DNA from: a virus
Taxonomy: Duplodnaviria; Caudoviricetes
Strand: one strand, 5' to 3'
IMG/VR virus record: IMGVR_UViG_3300044580_000163
Coordinates: 1-37,409 of that record
Length of the DNA stretch: 37,409 nt
Shown here: one piece after another, positions 35,306 through 37,409 of the stretch
Numbering within the stretch: position 1 is the stretch's first letter
How the letters are laid out: the number at the start of each line of letters is the position of its first letter
Made by a program: the position numbers and the translations under genes
Notes under the pieces: model-generated
What the model was told of the DNA's origin: nothing
Seen by the model: only the letters and a program-made list of their open reading frames with translations
Databases searched by the model: none

Positions 35306-35647
35306 CTAATGATGCTTATAAGCCTTTGGATTTGGTTTCTTCTCAGTTTCACCCGTCATGCCATCGAGCGAATTGGATGCCTGGCGCAGCGCGGTGGCCA
35401 AGGACCTGGCTGTCTCTGTATCCATTTCAACAGAGGTGATGGGATACCCAAACCCAAGGATGATATGATTCTCATGAATATGGATCATGACATTGACCCG
35501 GTTTTTTGGGTTTCTATTTGCCTTCAATTCATCGACTGTGGGCAGCGGAAGGGGTTTCATCGAGTCATATTCTTCCTGGGTGATCTCTTCCTCAATTACT
35601 TCCCCGGTTTTGTGCTTCATTTCTTCAACAATTTGAGCCATTGACAT
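35306..35647 (-). CDS. Hypothetical protein
   Basis: AAGGAG RBS at MSMAQ. Confidence 0.7.
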   Translation of the reverse strand: MSMAQIVEEMKHKTGEVIEEEITQEEYDSMKPLPLPTVDELKANRNPKNRVNVMIHIHENHIILGFGYPITSVEMDTETARSLATALRQASNSLDGMTGETEKKPNPKAYKHH

Positions 35648-35855
35648 TTTGAGTCTCCTTGAAATTTGGAATTGCCGTAATATGGAATTTCCTTCGGTCT
35701 GGATCGAAGCGGTCCCCATAATCAGGCGTACGTTCGATCACGGTCATGCCTCGATCTGTTAAAAACGTAGCCAACCCATCAGCCAGCGAATCCGTGTCCG
35801 TTGGGTCGGCCATTACTCGAATCTGGACAGTACCTTTCAATGTAGTTCTGGACAT
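35625..35855 (-). CDS. Hypothetical protein
   Basis: Likely start MSRTTLKG; short overlaps with neighbours. Confidence 0.6.
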   Translation of the reverse strand: MSRTTLKGTVQIRVMADPTDTDSLADGLATFLTDRGMTVIERTPDYGDRFDPDRRKFHITAIPNFKETQNVNGSNC

Positions 35856-36097
35856 TTTTGACCAACCTTTTGTGCGCATTGGAATGGTATTTCCGTACAA
35901 TTCTCGATGGTGATAAAAACCTGCCCGGTCTCTGGATCTTCCCAGACTGCGAATGCCTCAAAAATCCTGTTGATCAGTGTTTTGGCATAATTGACGCGCG
36001 CTTCTATGAATCCCAGGCTCCGTAACTTGTCCGGAAGGGTTGGCAGGACCTTGATCTGGTCCCCAGGGCGAAGTGTTACCACCTCAAAGAACTCCAT
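35837..36097 (-). CDS. Hypothetical protein (SH3-like beta pattern)
   Basis: AGGAGG RBS; LRPGDQIKV. Confidence 0.65.
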   Translation of the reverse strand: MEFFEVVTLRPGDQIKVLPTLPDKLRSLGFIEARVNYAKTLINRIFEAFAVWEDPETGQVFITIENCTEIPFQCAQKVGQKCPELH

Positions 36098-36105
36098 AGC
36101 TCCTC

Positions 36106-37032
36106 CTACAAATTTTCTACGGCTGCCGCGCAATCGTCGTCATGCGGAGCGGCGTATCCAGCGGTGGTCTGGATCCTGGCGTGGCGTGCCAGTTTTTGAG
36201 CCAACGGCAGGTTATGGGTCTCGGCCAGGACGTTGTAAACGAACGTATGCCTGCAACTATGGGGAGTGACAACCCGGTCGAGACCCGCCTGTTGACCCAG
36301 TTCCTTGACAATGCGCTCGATCTGACGGGGAGTGAGATCTCCAAAAACATACTCACCCGCAGGGGATAGATTGAGCCATTGAGAAACTGCAATTCTGCCT
36401 TCGCGACCAAGCGGAATAGTCTCTTGTTTATGGCCCTTCCCGTCGCGAATCAAAATTTCGCCTTTTCGATCGGTCAGTAGCAGGTCTTTTCTGCGAAGTT
36501 CACAAACTTCACCAACGCGTACGCCTGCATAGATCAACAAAGAGATGAATGCGCGATTCCTGACCGCGAGAAAGCGCTGACGATCGGTCTTTGCGGAATT
36601 CACGGCAGTTTCAACCGTCCTGAGGAATGCATGTTTATCATTCTTATTGAGGGATTTGGGTGTCCTGGCGGGAATTGCCATCCGTGGGATTCCCTGGAAT
36701 GGGCTAAAGACGATCAGACCTTTGTTCATGCAGAACTCGCAGAATAGTGCCAGGCTGGCGCGCCGTCGATTCCAGGTGGCCGCAGATGAGTTCATCATCG
36801 ACTCTTCCGCGAACGCTCTGAGATCGATCGATGTGATCTTGACCGGACTGAATTCATCCCGATTGTGGTCCTCAAACCAGCGGATAAAAACCCGCAGATC
36901 TGAAATATGGGCGCTGATCGATTTTTCAGCGTGACCCTGGCCGTTCTTGCCATTATTGGCCAGCCAGCTCGCGAAGTTCAGCTCAAGATCCATTTGACTG
37001 ATTGAACCTACGGATGCAGTTGTGTTAAGCAT
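36106..37032 (-). CDS. XerC/XerD-like tyrosine recombinase
   Basis: SAM-like N-domain; AGVRVGE, GKG, TPHSCRHTF, LARHARIQTTAGY (R-K-H-R-H-Y set intact); 308 aa with no arm-binding extension. Confidence 0.93.
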   Translation of the reverse strand: MLNTTASVGSISQMDLELNFASWLANNGKNGQGHAEKSISAHISDLRVFIRWFEDHNRDEFSPVKITSIDLRAFAEESMMNSSAATWNRRRASLALFCEFCMNKGLIVFSPFQGIPRMAIPARTPKSLNKNDKHAFLRTVETAVNSAKTDRQRFLAVRNRAFISLLIYAGVRVGEVCELRRKDLLLTDRKGEILIRDGKGHKQETIPLGREGRIAVSQWLNLSPAGEYVFGDLTPRQIERIVKELGQQAGLDRVVTPHSCRHTFVYNVLAETHNLPLAQKLARHARIQTTAGYAAPHDDDCAAAVENL

Positions 37033-37351
37033 CGACAGCCTCTCTTAATTCCTGGGCAAAATTGTCTCGGATCTGCGCGAATATCTTATTGGAAGGGTCT
37101 TTCATCCAGACAAATAGATGGCTGCCGTTACTTCCGGTTTTGATCTTGCCTACACCGTAGATCCGCATGGATGCCATAAGGATCTGTTTCCTGCCAAGCC
37201 GAAGATCGTCCTCATCAGCGAAGGCGATTTCCATGGCTTGACCAGCCGGGATATCTGGCAATTTCAGTGCAACTTTGTTCGAAAATGTTTCAAACGACTT
37301 GAGTTCTTTCGGGATCTCGATAATCCCGACGATCCTTGGTTCTGTATTCAT
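37025..37351 (-). CDS. Hypothetical protein
   Basis: 108 aa; AAGGAG upstream; overlaps the recombinase start. Confidence 0.7.
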   Translation of the reverse strand: MNTEPRIVGIIEIPKELKSFETFSNKVALKLPDIPAGQAMEIAFADEDDLRLGRKQILMASMRIYGVGKIKTGSNGSHLFVWMKDPSNKIFAQIRDNFAQELREAVDA

Positions 37352-37409
37352 CTCTTACTCCTTTATCCTTGTTGACGATCGGCCATTCTGACCGCCATGC
37401 CATATCAAC

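Larger units (their letters stand above)
1..37409 (-). mobile_element. Temperate siphovirus-like phage/prophage with plasmid-type maintenance genes (partial; positions 1-1537 may belong to an adjacent element)
   Basis: Co-oriented terS-terL-portal-MuF-scaffold-capsid-head/tail-tail tube-chaperones-tape measure-fibres-endolysin order; no sheath gene seen; replication, methylase, partition and recombinase genes upstream. Confidence 0.95.

Noticed and set aside
36106-37032. Assignment as the integrase for the tRNA att site
   Set aside because: Xer-like size without an arm-binding domain, and much closer to the dif-like site; a separate integrase outside the window is more likely but unproven

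Overview
The window is most of a temperate siphovirus-like phage genome, truncated at both ends, with every credible gene on the minus strand. In transcription order (right to left) it contains: a XerC/D-like tyrosine recombinase; small early genes; a symmetric dif-like site (34241-34267); a primase/P-loop replication protein followed by an iteron-rich putative origin (30609-31033); a C5 DNA methyltransferase and a frameshifted adenine methyltransferase; a ParA plus putative RHH partition module with GTGGTACCCC repeats; and accessory genes (DUF4406-DUF1599 fusion, Gp37/Gp68, ASCH-like). A strong sigma70-type promoter and a terminator-containing leader then precede two holin-like genes, terS, terL, portal, MuF-like protein, scaffold and HK97-type capsid. 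These are followed by a GT-B-like enzyme inside the head module, head-tail genes, tail tube, a -1 frameshifted tail chaperone pair, tape measure, tail tip and collar-fibre genes, a DNRLRE protein, a GH25 endolysin and an HTH-metallophosphoesterase. At the left end are the 3' half of a tRNA-Arg(TCG) (att-like site) and a ParM operon with two paralogous ParR-like genes. The most notable points are the apparent phage-plasmid toolkit (two partition systems, resolvase plus site, att site), four REP-like repeat families at many accessory-gene junctions, a recurring GAGA-loop hairpin in late leaders, and a possible virion glycosyltransferase. A Chloroflexota-like host is only an impression and was not tested. 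All family assignments come from motif recognition by eye, not database searches.
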